Source of the DNA: Vicugna vicugna
Taxonomy: Eukaryota
Length of the DNA stretch: 64,000 nucleotides
Reading direction: 5' to 3'
NCBI GenBank assembly: GCA_013265495.1
Contig: MU058103.1
Location: forward strand, 684,001-748,000
Positions 37,053 to 49,645 of the stretch are shown here, in pieces. How positions within the stretch are numbered: the stretch's first letter is position 1; each line of letters begins with the position of its first letter. The notes under the pieces were generated by a model. It ran no database searches, had not been told where the DNA came from, and saw nothing but the letters and a program-made list of their open reading frames with translations. A program made the translations under genes and the position numbers.

Positions 37053-40000
37053 TCTGCAGTCGGTTCCCCAGAAGAAATCCATCTCCTGAAAAGCCTCCTA
37101 ATTTTATTCAAATTTTGCTTCTTATCTCATCTTCAGTTCCAAAATTATTAGTAGAAATTTTGTATAAAATAACTCAGGTTTATGTATTTGTAATATGCTG
37201 TAATTAGTAGATCTTTGGCATGTGATTATTTTCTTCTTCCCAGCTAATTTATAAACGCATCTAGAGAAATGATTCGTTTTCTTTTCTTTCTTTTTTCCCC
37301 ACTTTCATTTGTTCATCCATGCATTTCACTCTCTCTTTTGCATTTCCGGACCCACGTGTAACTGGGCGTAGTACATAGTGGCAGCCACTGTAACTGAAGT
37401 TGATTGACTGAAAACGTCCTATTATGAGGTCATCATTATTGAAGTTTGCAGGCTTCTGTTCCTAATTTCAAAACGCCTTTTTCATTTTAGATCACCCCAG
37501 GTAGCCGTCTCACAGCATCTGTCTATTGATTCTGCCCGCACGAGGTGAGGAAGAAACCACTGGATCAGGTATGGCTTCCAGTACAAAAAACACCCACTCA
37601 AGATTAAATACATCAAACACACTTCAGTAAAACTTCAGAAACATTCTTACAATAGAATGTGAGGCAATTGATTTGGGAAATTACTAGAAGTAAGGGACCA
37701 TTTCTTTTCTTTTCTTTTTTTTTTTTTTTGTCTACTACAAGATCTCTTTTGTGGAAAAGAAACTATTTATACAAGTACTTGTTAAAGCTTCTACATTGCA
37801 ATTTACTCTACCTAATAATTACTCTATCAACACACATTCTGTCTCAATGTCTTTAGTCACAGTCCTAATATAATCTGGGTGTTCATTGTTCTTCTGTTTG
37901 GTATGCACTGGAAGCTCTCAGCATTTTATTCTAATCAGTATTTGAATGCATTGTCTGTTGAAATGAAAGTAACAATGATTAGTAAGACAGATGTTTCCCT
38001 TGAATATGAAAATGTAGGGGTTAAAACCACAAATTAAACTGAATATTCGGTCTTTGTACGCATTTTTCAAGATGGTGGGAAACGCATTTTTGTGAAGTGG
38101 ATGTCAGGTACTAGTCGAAGTTGTAAAGATCTGTGACCTGTGAAATAGATGATATTTGGAAATAGCTGTACTCCCTATTCTGGAGAATAGGCACACAACT
38201 GCAGTGTGTCAGTAAAATGAAATATTATTTGTCTTCATGGATGATTACTGACAAAGAGACCAAGAGAAACAGGAGAGGAAAACAGAACAGTCAGAGTTTA
38301 ATGTCAGGTGCGTCGGCGCATCAGTGTATTAACAGAAGGATTAGAAGAGCCTGTGAACGGGTTGTCATTGTTGATTAGTACATTACTGTTCTTATTAATA
38401 TTAGACACCTCTCCGCTTGTTGGCTGAAAATGCTATGAAAAATCGGTTTATGATGTTTAGCTGTCAAAATACAAAGATTTTATAATGGCTAATTGATTTC
38501 TCAGTCATACTGAGAAATATGATTTCTCTCATATTGGTCATATTCATCTCCTGTTTCTACCTACATTCTTTTATATTTTTCAATGGAATTTCTAACTTAA
38601 AAGGTCATGAGAAAAATTTTAAAATATAATGTGTATGTCAATGAACTATTAATTTCACAGTTGAGGAAAGGCTTCAAGCCAAGGTAATTCTCATATTTTT
38701 TGTTTGTTTATAAAAACAGTGTTGTAATTCACACCCTTTGTTTGTAAATAACTGTTTTAGTAATCCCTTCTTTTCAACCTTAACAAACACTCGCTGAGTA
38801 GGTTATGAATAAAGCTTCAGAATACAGGTGAGTCGATCTGACTGGGATGGGTGTCTAGTTGGTTAGTGTCTCAATGAAGAACAACAGGGTCAATCTGAAA
38901 CCCCAGTTTACAATGCAAGTTGCTTTTTCCAACTACAACTGTCTCTGTCATAAAGCGGATACGTGGTGGCCCCTTGTGTTTTACCTGAATTGCTTGAACA
39001 GTTATTGAGAAGACAGATGAGTGTCTTTGGGTTAGAATGATTCGTCTGACTACTGACTTGCTTAAGGTTTGTGCAAAATCACTGTCTAGGTATCTTCAGA
39101 TCCTGGACCATGGGTCTAATCTACTCTGCTAAAGCTTTATACACATAGATTTCCAAATGAAGCATCTTTGGAGTGAATTGCTATGGGTAAGAGGCTATTA
39201 ATCTTTGTGATCAAGAAGGTGGCACTATGGTGGAATTTGTCTTTCGTGATGCCAGCCTTATTTCATTTCTTATCCCCAACCTCCGCCCACTCACACACAC
39301 ACTTGTTACTGCTTTTCATCATGGCATTTACTTAATAGATGCTTTTATGTGTTTTAATTTCATTAACTTAGACTAAAGCCCTTCAGCCAAGCTCACATTT
39401 GAAAAATCAAATAAATAATAAAGTAAGAAGTATGATTTCATATTTCATAAGACTGCCTCCATTGTTCTGGGCAAATCGTTAAATCCTCCTCCTTTCTACT
39501 CACATGATGAAAAGCCTCTGTTAGAGGAAGGCTAGCTCTTCTCTTATAGGTCATATCTGTGTTCTTTTTTTTAAACTTATCTTTTTTGGAGTATTAGACA
39601 AAAAGATCTATCTAAACATATTTTGATAGTCCCATTTGATAACTATCTAATTGTTTGATATTTTAAAAGCATAAACTTTAAAGGCAAGTAAACAGGATCA
39701 TATTCTATGCATATTTTTCGCTAGCTGTGACTCAGGAGAAAGTAAGTTAGCCTCTCATTGCTACAGTTGCTACGTGGCAGGTGGGGACCAATGATATTAT
39801 CTAAAAGGGTTTTTCCAAGGTTTGAACAAGGTAATACACTTCAAGCTCTTAGTCTACTGGGTGCCACAGAGCAAGCACTCAAAAATGTTAAATGTATCGT
39901 GGAATATGAATGGAATATTGACATGTATATATGTGTATGTATAGATTAATAGGGTAATCACAGTGAACAGGAATGGCTTATCTGTTTTCAAATAATTGGA

Positions 40001-40632
40001 ATAGAACAGAATCTTAACACCAACAGTCACTGAAGATAGCCTGAAGTTTCAAGATTTGCAGTGCCTCAGATTATGATCACTATTGATTATCATTATAAGC
40101 ACAGAAAACTAGGAGTACGGAAAGTTCTGTATACATGGCGTTCAGTATCTGGGAAAGCCGATGTAAGAGTGACCACAGCTATCATCTTGCCCAAAGATTT
40201 CTTTCAGACTGGATTGTTCGTTTGGATTTGTCTTGTTGGAATTGGTTTGGCTCCTTATGTGGAACTTCACCACATGTAAAAGCTATACGAGGGGAGGTGA
40301 TCTCTGGGAATACAAGCGGTTCAGATTCTTGTGTGTTCAACTCCCCCACCAACATGATCCCTGAGTTTGCTCTGAAGACCCCTGACCCTTAGAGAACATA
40401 ACTTAAAACCCACTGACCTACTCCAGTCCTTTAAATTTTAGGATGGGGAAACTGAAGTGAAGCACGGTGAAGTGACTGGCCCCGGGAGCACAGTGAGGGA
40501 GAGGCAAGTCTGGGTGTGCTCACTCTCCTCTGCTAGATCATGTTACTCTTCTGCAGAATGCATTCAAAGCTTAGGACGGCAAACATGGCCTATGCCGATC
40601 ATACTGTTTTGGTGGTTGCACGTGGATTACAG

Positions 40633-40812
40633 CAGCGGTTCTCAAAGTATGGTAATCCAGTCAGCAGCACCGGCACAACTTTTTTACACATATAAATTCT
40701 GGGGCCTATCCTGACTCCCTGAATCAAAAACTCTGGTGGTGGGGCCCAGTGACTTAGGGATTCACAAGCTCTCCAGGGGATTCTGATATTCATTAAAGTG
40801 TTAAAGCCGTCG
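40633..40812. mobile_element. MER5A-like hAT-Charlie MITE
   Basis: cagcggttctcaaagt...tgaatcaaaaactctgg...ggggcccag...aagctctccaggggattctgat. Confidence 0.85.
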
Positions 40813-40874
40813 TATTAAATAAATTCTTTGGGACTTAGCTCCATCTGTAAAATAATTTTAATTCCGTGGCTTAC

Positions 40875-40887
40875 CTACCAGAGGGCA
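40875..40887 (+). promoter_or_regulatory. CTCF-like motif
   Basis: CTACCAGAGGGCA vs core CCASYAGRKGGCR (one mismatch); motif only. Confidence 0.25.
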
Positions 40888-40959
40888 AAACACACTAGGA
40901 ATGTACGTAAAATTGTTAAAAAAGAAAAAAAAGAAATTTAAAAGGTAAGAATGAAACTA

Positions 40960-41190
40960 AAGTTCACTGATCACCTGTCATATGCTAGGTATTCTTTGAT
41001 TTCTACGAGCTGTCTTATTTAATCTTTATAGCAGGATTCTGAAATATATGTTATTATTTGAACTTTGATAGGAAAATTAGACTCAGAGAGGCTAAATAAC
41101 TTGTGTAAGATCATTCAGCTGGAAATAGCAGAGCTAGAATTTGAACCCAGTTGTAGTTGATTCCAGAGCATTAAATCTTCCCCACTAAGA
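40960..41190 (-). mobile_element. MIR SINE
   Basis: gactcagagaggctaaataacttgtgtaagatc...gcagagctagaatttgaacccag. Confidence 0.85.
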
Positions 41191-42399
41191 ATTGAACCCC
41201 ACTGGGCTTCACACACACCTGGGGTGGAATATCTACAACTCTAGGGGAAAATCTGTGCATTCAATTTTCCTTATCATTATGGAGTGCTTTGATGTAGACT
41301 ATACTAGGAATGGAATATACCTCTCTTCATGATGTTTCATGGAAATAGTGATTTGTCATTCTGACAAGAGTATGCCCTTTCTAATTTTTTCCATTCTACT
41401 TACATCTTTTTCCATATCAAACTCCAGATTTCTATGTACTTGCCTAACTATGACAAGCTAGTATATATGCACATACTAATTTTTTTCTATAGCATTTCAT
41501 ATCAGAAATAAATATAGCCCCAGTTTGTCCCATTTTGGGGCAACTAAAAAGCTTCTGAGAAATGAACCATCACCTTAGATATTATGTAAATAAAATCATG
41601 TATTATGTAAATGTAATTACATATAGAAGTAATTACCGGGATATGCACAGCAAACTTCAGAGCTGTAATATAGAAAATTATAGGAAAAGGTAATTATACA
41701 TCATGTTCCATAAAGCTTCAACATCTAGGAAGAAATTCATCAATTTTTATATCTGAAAGAGACATTAAATATCGTATTGTGTTCTACAGAGGGTGTGGTG
41801 AATGGGTGGTCTGATTAGAGAAATGGAGGATGAGGAGGTAATTGTGAAGTTGAAGGATGTTTGTACCGTGGAAGCATCTCAGTTCTAGAGCTGTTAAAAG
41901 TACGTGTCAGTTATAGTCTTTAGTGATCTCTATTTGAGATTGGTTTTAAATGGCCAGTGAGAAAAATTCACCTTGTCCACTCAACGTTCTAGGGTACTGC
42001 CTGTAAGGATGTCACTGCATATTTTAGTACCTGGTAAAGTTGTGAAAGATTGAACTTTTTGGACAGGTTGTACCAATAATTGTCAGAAAGAAAATAATCT
42101 AAGGAGATAAATGCACAGAACCTAATAGAAAAGTGGATGCAGTATTAGTACTTGAGGACCTGTATCAAGTATTGTATCTGATGGGAATATGGAGTCTGTA
42201 TGTAGAAGAAAAGACCAGAAATCAGAAGTTAATGAAATTAGATCTGGAAGCAAAACACAGCAAGAAGTTCAGGCACTCAGTCTTACTGTGGGACAACTAC
42301 AAGTTTGGAAACCAGGTCAGCTAACTTTAAGACTTAAGACTCAGAGGATACCTTCTTCTTTCTAGGACAAAAGTGGCAGCCAATCACTTGTCACTCACG

Positions 42400-42893
42400 T
42401 ATCCTATCCAAGGCCAAGCTCCGTTCATTTTTCTAAGTAAATATCTCTCTAATTTCTTCACTTCTCTTCACCTTCACTGCTATTACCGTTCCCCATGCCA
42501 CCATCATGTCTTGACTTGCAATTTCTTTCTCACTGGTCGCCTTACTACCACTTATTGTCTCCACAGTCTGTTTTCCATACCACTGCCAAAGTGATGAATC
42601 CTCCAATCACTCCTCATCCCTTTTAGGGAAAATATTAAAGTGGTTAACATGATCTATAAGACTGCATGCTATTATCCCTGCTTACTTCCACAGCCTTATC
42701 CAGTTATCCTCTCAGCCAACTCTCTCTGCAAGTCATCACTGTCTGTTTTCAGTTCCTCTAGGTGACATGCCTACTCAGGTCCTTTCTGCACAGAAAGCTT
42801 TCTCCATTGTCCTTTTCTCTTTTAGTTTTTGCAGGTTTCAATTAAAATATTGCTTCACCAGGGAACACTTCTTTGATGACTTTCTCCCAAAAT

Positions 42894-42924
<31 letters not shown>

Positions 42925-43170
42925 TACATACACACACACACATATGCACACACACACACAGAGGTCTGGTCCCCAGTTATATTTCTTCATAGCTCTCTAT
43001 TTTTATTTTCTTTTTAGCACTAACTAATTAACTATTATATATCTATATGTTAACTTGAGTAAATTCCTGGCTCTTCTGCCTAACTCAACCTAAATGAAAA
43101 CAGAAATCATGTATTTTTTTATTATAGATGTACCTCAGGGTTTAGACCAGTGGCTGGTGTAAATTGTTTT
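42400..43170 (+). mobile_element. L2 3' region with (CA)n at 42894-42960
   Basis: ccaatcactcctcatcccttttaggg; caggtttcaattaaaatattgcttcacc; CA repeat visible. Confidence 0.7.
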
Positions 43171-43174
43171 CTAA

Positions 43175-44470
43175 TAAAATCTTCTTAGATATGACACCAA
43201 AAGAATAAGTGATAGAATTAAAAAAAGATGAACTGAACTTCACAAAATTAAAAACTTTTGTGCTGTAAACAATATTATCAGAAAGTGAAAAGAAACCTAT
43301 TGAATGAGAGAAAATATTTGCAAATCATTTATCTGATAAGGATTTTCATTTAGAATGTTTAAATGACTATTACATCTCAATAATAAAAAGATGGAATCAC
43401 TTACTGTATGTTCAAAACTAATACAACATTGCAAATCAACTGTACTTCCATAAAAAATAATTATTAGAATGAAATGAGTTATAAAACACTAAGAAATTAA
43501 GATATTATAAAGGATCAAAATATACCAAAATGGAGCCTAATAAATTTAGGAAAAATCAAATCCAAAAAAACCCCCAATAATGATAAAAGGATAAATAACC
43601 CACCCCCAGAAAATGAATAGAATAGAATAGAAATAGAAAAGAATATGAATAGAATATCTCCAAAGATGGTAGGCAAATGATCAGCAACCACGTGGTAAAT
43701 GCATAACATTACTCATTAGTGAAATTAAAATCAAACCCACAATGTGATGTTACTTTATACCCACTAGGATGACTATAAAAAAATTAAGGATAATAGGAAG
43801 TATTTGTGAGGATATGTACACACTGGAATCCTCATACATTGCTGATAGGGATATAGAATGGTACAGCTATTTTGAAAAGTACTTTGGCAGGTCTTCAAAA
43901 TATTAAGCATAGAATTATTATATAACTCCTAGCAATTTCACTCCTAACCCAAGAGAATCCAAAACATGTCTCCACGCTAAAGTTTGTACACAAACATTCA
44001 TTAGAGCAGTACAGGTAATTACCAAAAAGTGGAAACAACCCAAACACTAAGCTGGTGAGTGAATAAACAAAATATGGTATATTTGAATGTTATTTGGCAA
44101 TAAAAAGGAATGAAGAACTGACACATGCTACAACATGGAGTAACCTTGAAAACATTACACTAAGTGAAATATACCAGTCACAAGTGACCATAAAAGACAG
44201 CTGCTGGTCATGATTCCATTTATATGAAATATCCAGAAAAGACAAATATACAAAGATATAAAGTAGATTCATGTTTACCAAGGAATAGTTAGGAAGAGAA
44301 TTGGGAGGAGATAGGGAGTAATTGATGAGTACAGGGTCTGATTTTTTTGACACTAAAAAGTTTATAAAATTAGGTTGTAGTAAAGATTGTGCAACTGAAT
44401 ATACTGAACATCATTTATTATAGAAATTAAATGGGAGATTTGTCTTATATGGGAATTATATTTCAATAAA
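43175..44470 (+). mobile_element. Old L1M 3' portion
   Basis: aaaatatttgcaaatcatttatctgataagg; aaaaagtggaaacaacccaaa; tatttcaataaa end. Confidence 0.88.
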
Positions 44471-44956
44471 TTCATTAAAAATTTTACATCATGATATGAA
44501 AAGACAAGTTTCTTACATATAATGCATAGGTACAGTATTTGCACTGAGGGATTAAAAACTGTTAATACCCACATACCCACACAAAGTAATGCAAAACACC
44601 AGAAATGGTAACTACACAGGATCTTGAAATATCTTGAAAATGTTTTATATTTAAATATATTTCAAAGATAATTAATTTTTAAAGAAAAATATTAACAGTG
44701 TATTATGAATTGTATATAACACACATAGAAGTAAAATGTATGACAATAATAGCAAAAGGCCAAGAGGGAAGACATGGGAATGTATTACTGTAAGATTCTT
44801 ATACTATACTTGACGTATAATCATAGCCCTTGAAAGTAGACTGTAATAAGTCAAAGAGGTATACTATAAACTCTAAAGCAACAACTAAAATAATAAAACA
44901 GGTATAGCTAAAAAAGGAGGTAAAAAAAGCAGTTTTAAAAAATACATAGTTAATCC

Positions 44957-45080
44957 ATTATGATGAAAAAGAATATGAAAACGAATATATGTAAGTTCAT
45001 GTATGACTGAAGCATTGTGCCATACACCAGAAATTGACACAACATTGTAAACTGACTATACTTCAATAAGAAAAATTACA
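44957..45080 (+). mobile_element. Short L1 3' tail insertion
   Basis: 20-bp TSD aaaaaataca(t/c)agttaatcc (44937-44956/45081-45100). Confidence 0.9.
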
Positions 45081-45321
45081 AAAAAATACACAGTTAATCC
45101 GAAAGAAAGAATAAAAGAAGAAAACAACTACAAAAATATGTGGGCCAAATAATTAAGAGAAAAAATAATGATGATATATTTAAAGCCAGCTTTATCAATA
45201 ATCTCATTAAATACAAATGGACTAAACACCTCAATTAAAAGTCAGAGATTGTGAGATTGGATAAAAACCATATATCAACTACAAGGAACATACATTAGAA
45301 TTATAGATATAAATATAAATA

Positions 45322-45798
45322 CAGGAATACCTTAGTCTTATTGTACTTCATTTTATTGTATTTGGCAGATATAATTGCATTTTTTACAAATTTAGGATTC
45401 GAGGCAACCCTGCATCAAGCAAGTCTACTGGCACATTTTCAATATCATTTACTCACTTTGTGTCTCTGTGTCACATTTTGATAATTCTTGGAATATTTCA
45501 AATTTTTACAATATTATTACATTTGTTATCGTGATCTGTGATCAGTGATCTTTGATATTATTACTAAGACTCATTGATGTCTTAGATGATGGGTAGCATT
45601 TTTTAAAAATAAAGTGTTCTTTATCAAGGTATGTACATTTTTTAGGCATACTGCTATCGCATACTTAATAGACTACAATATAAGGCAAACATAACTTTTA
45701 TATGCACTGGGGAAAAATGGTGTGACTTGCTTTATTGCAATATTCACTTTATTGCAGTGGTCTGGAACTGAACCCACAATATCTCCAAGGTATGCCTG
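45322..45798. mobile_element. Tigger1 internal-deletion derivative (Tc1/mariner-pogo MITE)
   Basis: TA TSDs; TIRs cagg(a/c)atacctt...aaggtatgcctg; ggcaaccctgcatcaagcaagtcta Tigger1 motif. Confidence 0.9.
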
Positions 45799-46919
45799 TA
45801 GGTTAAAAGTTTAAAAAATGGGAAATTTGTATCATGATAACACTAAGCAAAAGAAAGCTGCAGTAGATATATCAGACAAAGTAGATTTCAGGTAAAGAGT
45901 ATTGCCAAGTATAAAAAGAGACACTTCATAATTGTGAAACAGTCAACTCATAAAGTGGAAGTAACAAGTCTAAACTATAATCCACCTAATAACAGAGTTT
46001 CAAAATATATGAAGCAAAATATAGCAGGACTGCAAGTAGAAATTAATAAATATAGAATCATAATTCAAAATGTTAATACTGTTCTTTCATAACAAATAGG
46101 ACAAATCCACAGAAACATCAGTAAGTTTATAAATGACTTGAACAATACTAAAACTCAACTTGGTCCAATTATCACTTATAGAATATTCCACCCAACTGAT
46201 CAGAATATACATTCTTCTCAAGTACACATGGAACATTAAGCAAAATAGACCATCTTCTAGCCATAACATATGTTTAAATAAATTTAAAATGATTCAATCC
46301 ACAGTTACATCTTTTATGATAATAATAAAATGCAATTAAAACTTAATAACAAAAGACATCTAAAAAATTCCCCAAATTTTGAAATTAAAATAACACACTT
46401 CTAAATAACCTGTGGCACAAAGGAAAAATCAAGAGGGAAATTAGGAAGCATTTGAACTGGATGAAAATGAAAATACAACCTGTCAAAATTTGTGGGATTT
46501 CTCTGTGACAAAACTTAGAGAACATTTTATAGCACTAAATGCCTATTTTAGACAATACAAAAAAGTTAAATGAATGATTTCAACTCCCACTCTAAGAAAC
46601 TACTAAAAGAAGAGTAGATTAAGTGCAAGTTAAGCCAGACAGGAAATAATAAAAATTCACCATTGTCTCCCTCAATGAAATAGAGGACAGAAAAACTATT
46701 GAGAAAATCAGTGAAACCAAAAGCTTATTCTTCGTAAACATGAATAACATTGATAAACTTATAGCCAGATTGATCTAGAATAAAGACAGAATAAATACAC
46801 ATTACCAAAAAAATCAAGAATGTGAGAGGTATATATCATGAACAACTTCTTACAGATAAATTTGACAACTTAGATGAAATGGACAAATTTCTTGAAAGAC
46901 CCTAAATACCAAAGCTCAC

Positions 46920-47328
46920 TATACTGAGTTGAATAATGTCCACCAGATGAGAATGTTTGCAGATGTAATTGGTTAAGGATCTTGAGGGAAAAACTTCCTT
47001 GATTTAGGCTGGACCCTAAATCCGATGACTGGTATCTTAACAAGAGAAAGAAAGAGATTTACCCACAGAGAGACACAGGGAAGAAGGCCATGTGAAGACT
47101 GAGGCAAAGGTTGGAGGTGTGCTGCCACAACCAAGGAACACCAGGAGCCAGCGGAAGTTGGACGAGACAAGGAAGGGTTCTCTTTAGAGCTTCTAGATGG
47201 AGTGTGGCCCTGCTGAAACCTTGACTTCAGACTTCTATCCACCAGAAGTGTGAGAAAAGATATTTCTGTTGTGTTAAGCCAGCTGTTTATGGCAATTTTG
47301 TTAGAGCAGCCCTGGGAAAATAATCTCA
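46920..47328 (+). mobile_element. MLT1 (B/C-like) MaLR LTR inside the old L1
   Basis: ccctaaatccgatgactggt; gaaggccatgtgaagac; ggcaattttgttagagcagccctgggaaa; TSD ctcac/ctcag. Confidence 0.88.
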
Positions 47329-49645
47329 CTCAGTAAGAATGGATAAGCGATATTCTAACTGTTAAGGAAATTGAATTTGTAGTTAGTAACCGCCCACGGA
47401 GAAATGTCCAGGCTGAGAGGGCTTTACTTGTAAATTTCACCAACTATTTAAAGGGGAAATAGTATCAAGTATACACAAATTCCTGCAGAAAATTGAAGAT
47501 CTATGTTTCTCAACTAGTTATTTGAGGCTATCATTACCTTAATACCTAAACCCTACAAAAACACTACTACAGACTAATACCTCTTATGAACATAGATGCA
47601 AAAACCTTAACAAAAGCTTAGTCAATAGAATTCATAAATATATAAAATAGATAATACATGCTATACACTTGGGGGTTATTACAGGAATGCAAGATTAACT
47701 TAACAGTAAACCACATGATCATCTCAACAGAGTCAGAAAAAAATATTCGAAAAACTTCCACATATATATCTGATGAAAACTCTTGAAACTCAAACTTGAA
47801 GAGAACTTCCTCAACCTGTAAGGAGCAGAGATGGTGAAAGACTGAATGTTTCCTCCTAAGATCAGAAACTAAATGTGTCTGCCCTCACCACTTGTATTTA
47901 CATATCACTGAAGGTTCTATTGTATGCCATGAGGGGAAAAGGGGGCAGGAGAGAGAGAGAGACTGAGATTGGAATGGAAAAAAACTGTCTTTATTTGCAA
48001 ATGACATGATTGTCTATGTAGAAAATCCTGTGGAAGCTACAAATACAGCTATGAAAGTAAGTTTAGCAAAGCTCCAGAATACAATGAAAGTTGAAATTTA
48101 ATTTTTACCATACTATTTAAAATAGTATCAGAAATGTAACATGCCTAGGGGTAAATCTGACAGATGCTAAGTAAAACATGTATACTGAAAGCAAATAAAA
48201 AAAATCATTGAAAATTTTAAAGACCTAAATAAGTGGAGATATAATCTATGTTTATGAATTGTAAGACTGTATGTTAAGATTTTAATTCTCCCAAAATTTG
48301 TCTGTAGATTCAATGTAATTCCAAAAAAATGTCCCATCAGATGTTTTTGGTAAAAATTGAGAAGCTGATTCTAAAATTCATAAGACAATACAAAGTACCT
48401 GGAATAACCTGAAAACATTGAAGAATAAGTGTAAAGTTGGAGGAATTATGCTACCTAATTTCAAGACTTACTATAATTCTACAGGAAAACACAGTGTGGT
48501 AGAGGCATAAAGATAGACACACAGATCAATGGACCAGAATAGAGGTCCACAGAAATCCATACATTTTAGAACAATTGATTTTTGACAACAGCAGTTCAGT
48601 GGAGGAAAGATGGTCTTTTCAATAAATGGTTTTGGAAAAATTGGATATTCATATGCAAACATGTGGACTTGAATCCATACCTGTTACTGAATACAAAAAT
48701 TAACATAAAGAATCATAGATCTAAATTTAAAATATAAAACTATCAAACTTATAGAAGAAAATAGGAAGAAATTACTGTGGCCTTGGGTTAGGCAGTGTTT
48801 TTAGATCCAACACTGAAAGCAAGATCTATAAAAGTATACATAAATTGGATTTCATCACAATTAAATATTTTTGCTCTTTCATAGACACCACTAAGAGAAT
48901 ATTTAAAAAGATACAGACTTGGAAAAATTTTTGCAAATCAAATATTTGATAACAGATTTTATTCCAGGATATATAAAAACTCTCCATCATTATGATAAGT
49001 CAAACAAACCAATAACAAAAAATAAGATTTTTACAGACACTACATCAAAGAATACATGGGAATTGTGAATAGCCATCTTTCATTAACCATTAAGGAAATA
49101 TAAATTAAACTACAAAGCGCACCACTACACACCTATGTCTAAAATTAAAAGCAATGATTACACAATTTATTGGCGAGGATATGGAGCAATTGGAAATCTC
49201 ATATACTTCAGGTTGGTGTGTAAAATGCTAAAAGCCCTTGGGAAAACATTTTGGCAATTTAAACACACCTCCCATTGACACAGCTGTTACATTTTTAGGT
49301 ATTTACCCAAGAAAAATAAAAGTATATATATATGAAGACTTAGAGGTATAAAATAATGCCATTTGCAGCAACATGGATGGACCTGGAGATTGTCCTTCTA
49401 AGTGAAGTAAACCAGAAAGAGAAAGAAAAATACCGTATATCACTCATATGTGGAATATTAAAAAAGAAAAACAGAGAACACTAATGAACTTATCTACAAA
49501 ACAGAAACAGACTCACAGACATAGTAAACAATCTTATGGTTATCAGGGCAAAGAGGGTGGAAAGGGATAAATTTGGGAGTTTATTACTTTGGGTGCAAAT
49601 GTTAGCCATTATATATAAAAAATACATTAAAAGAAAATTTCTTCT

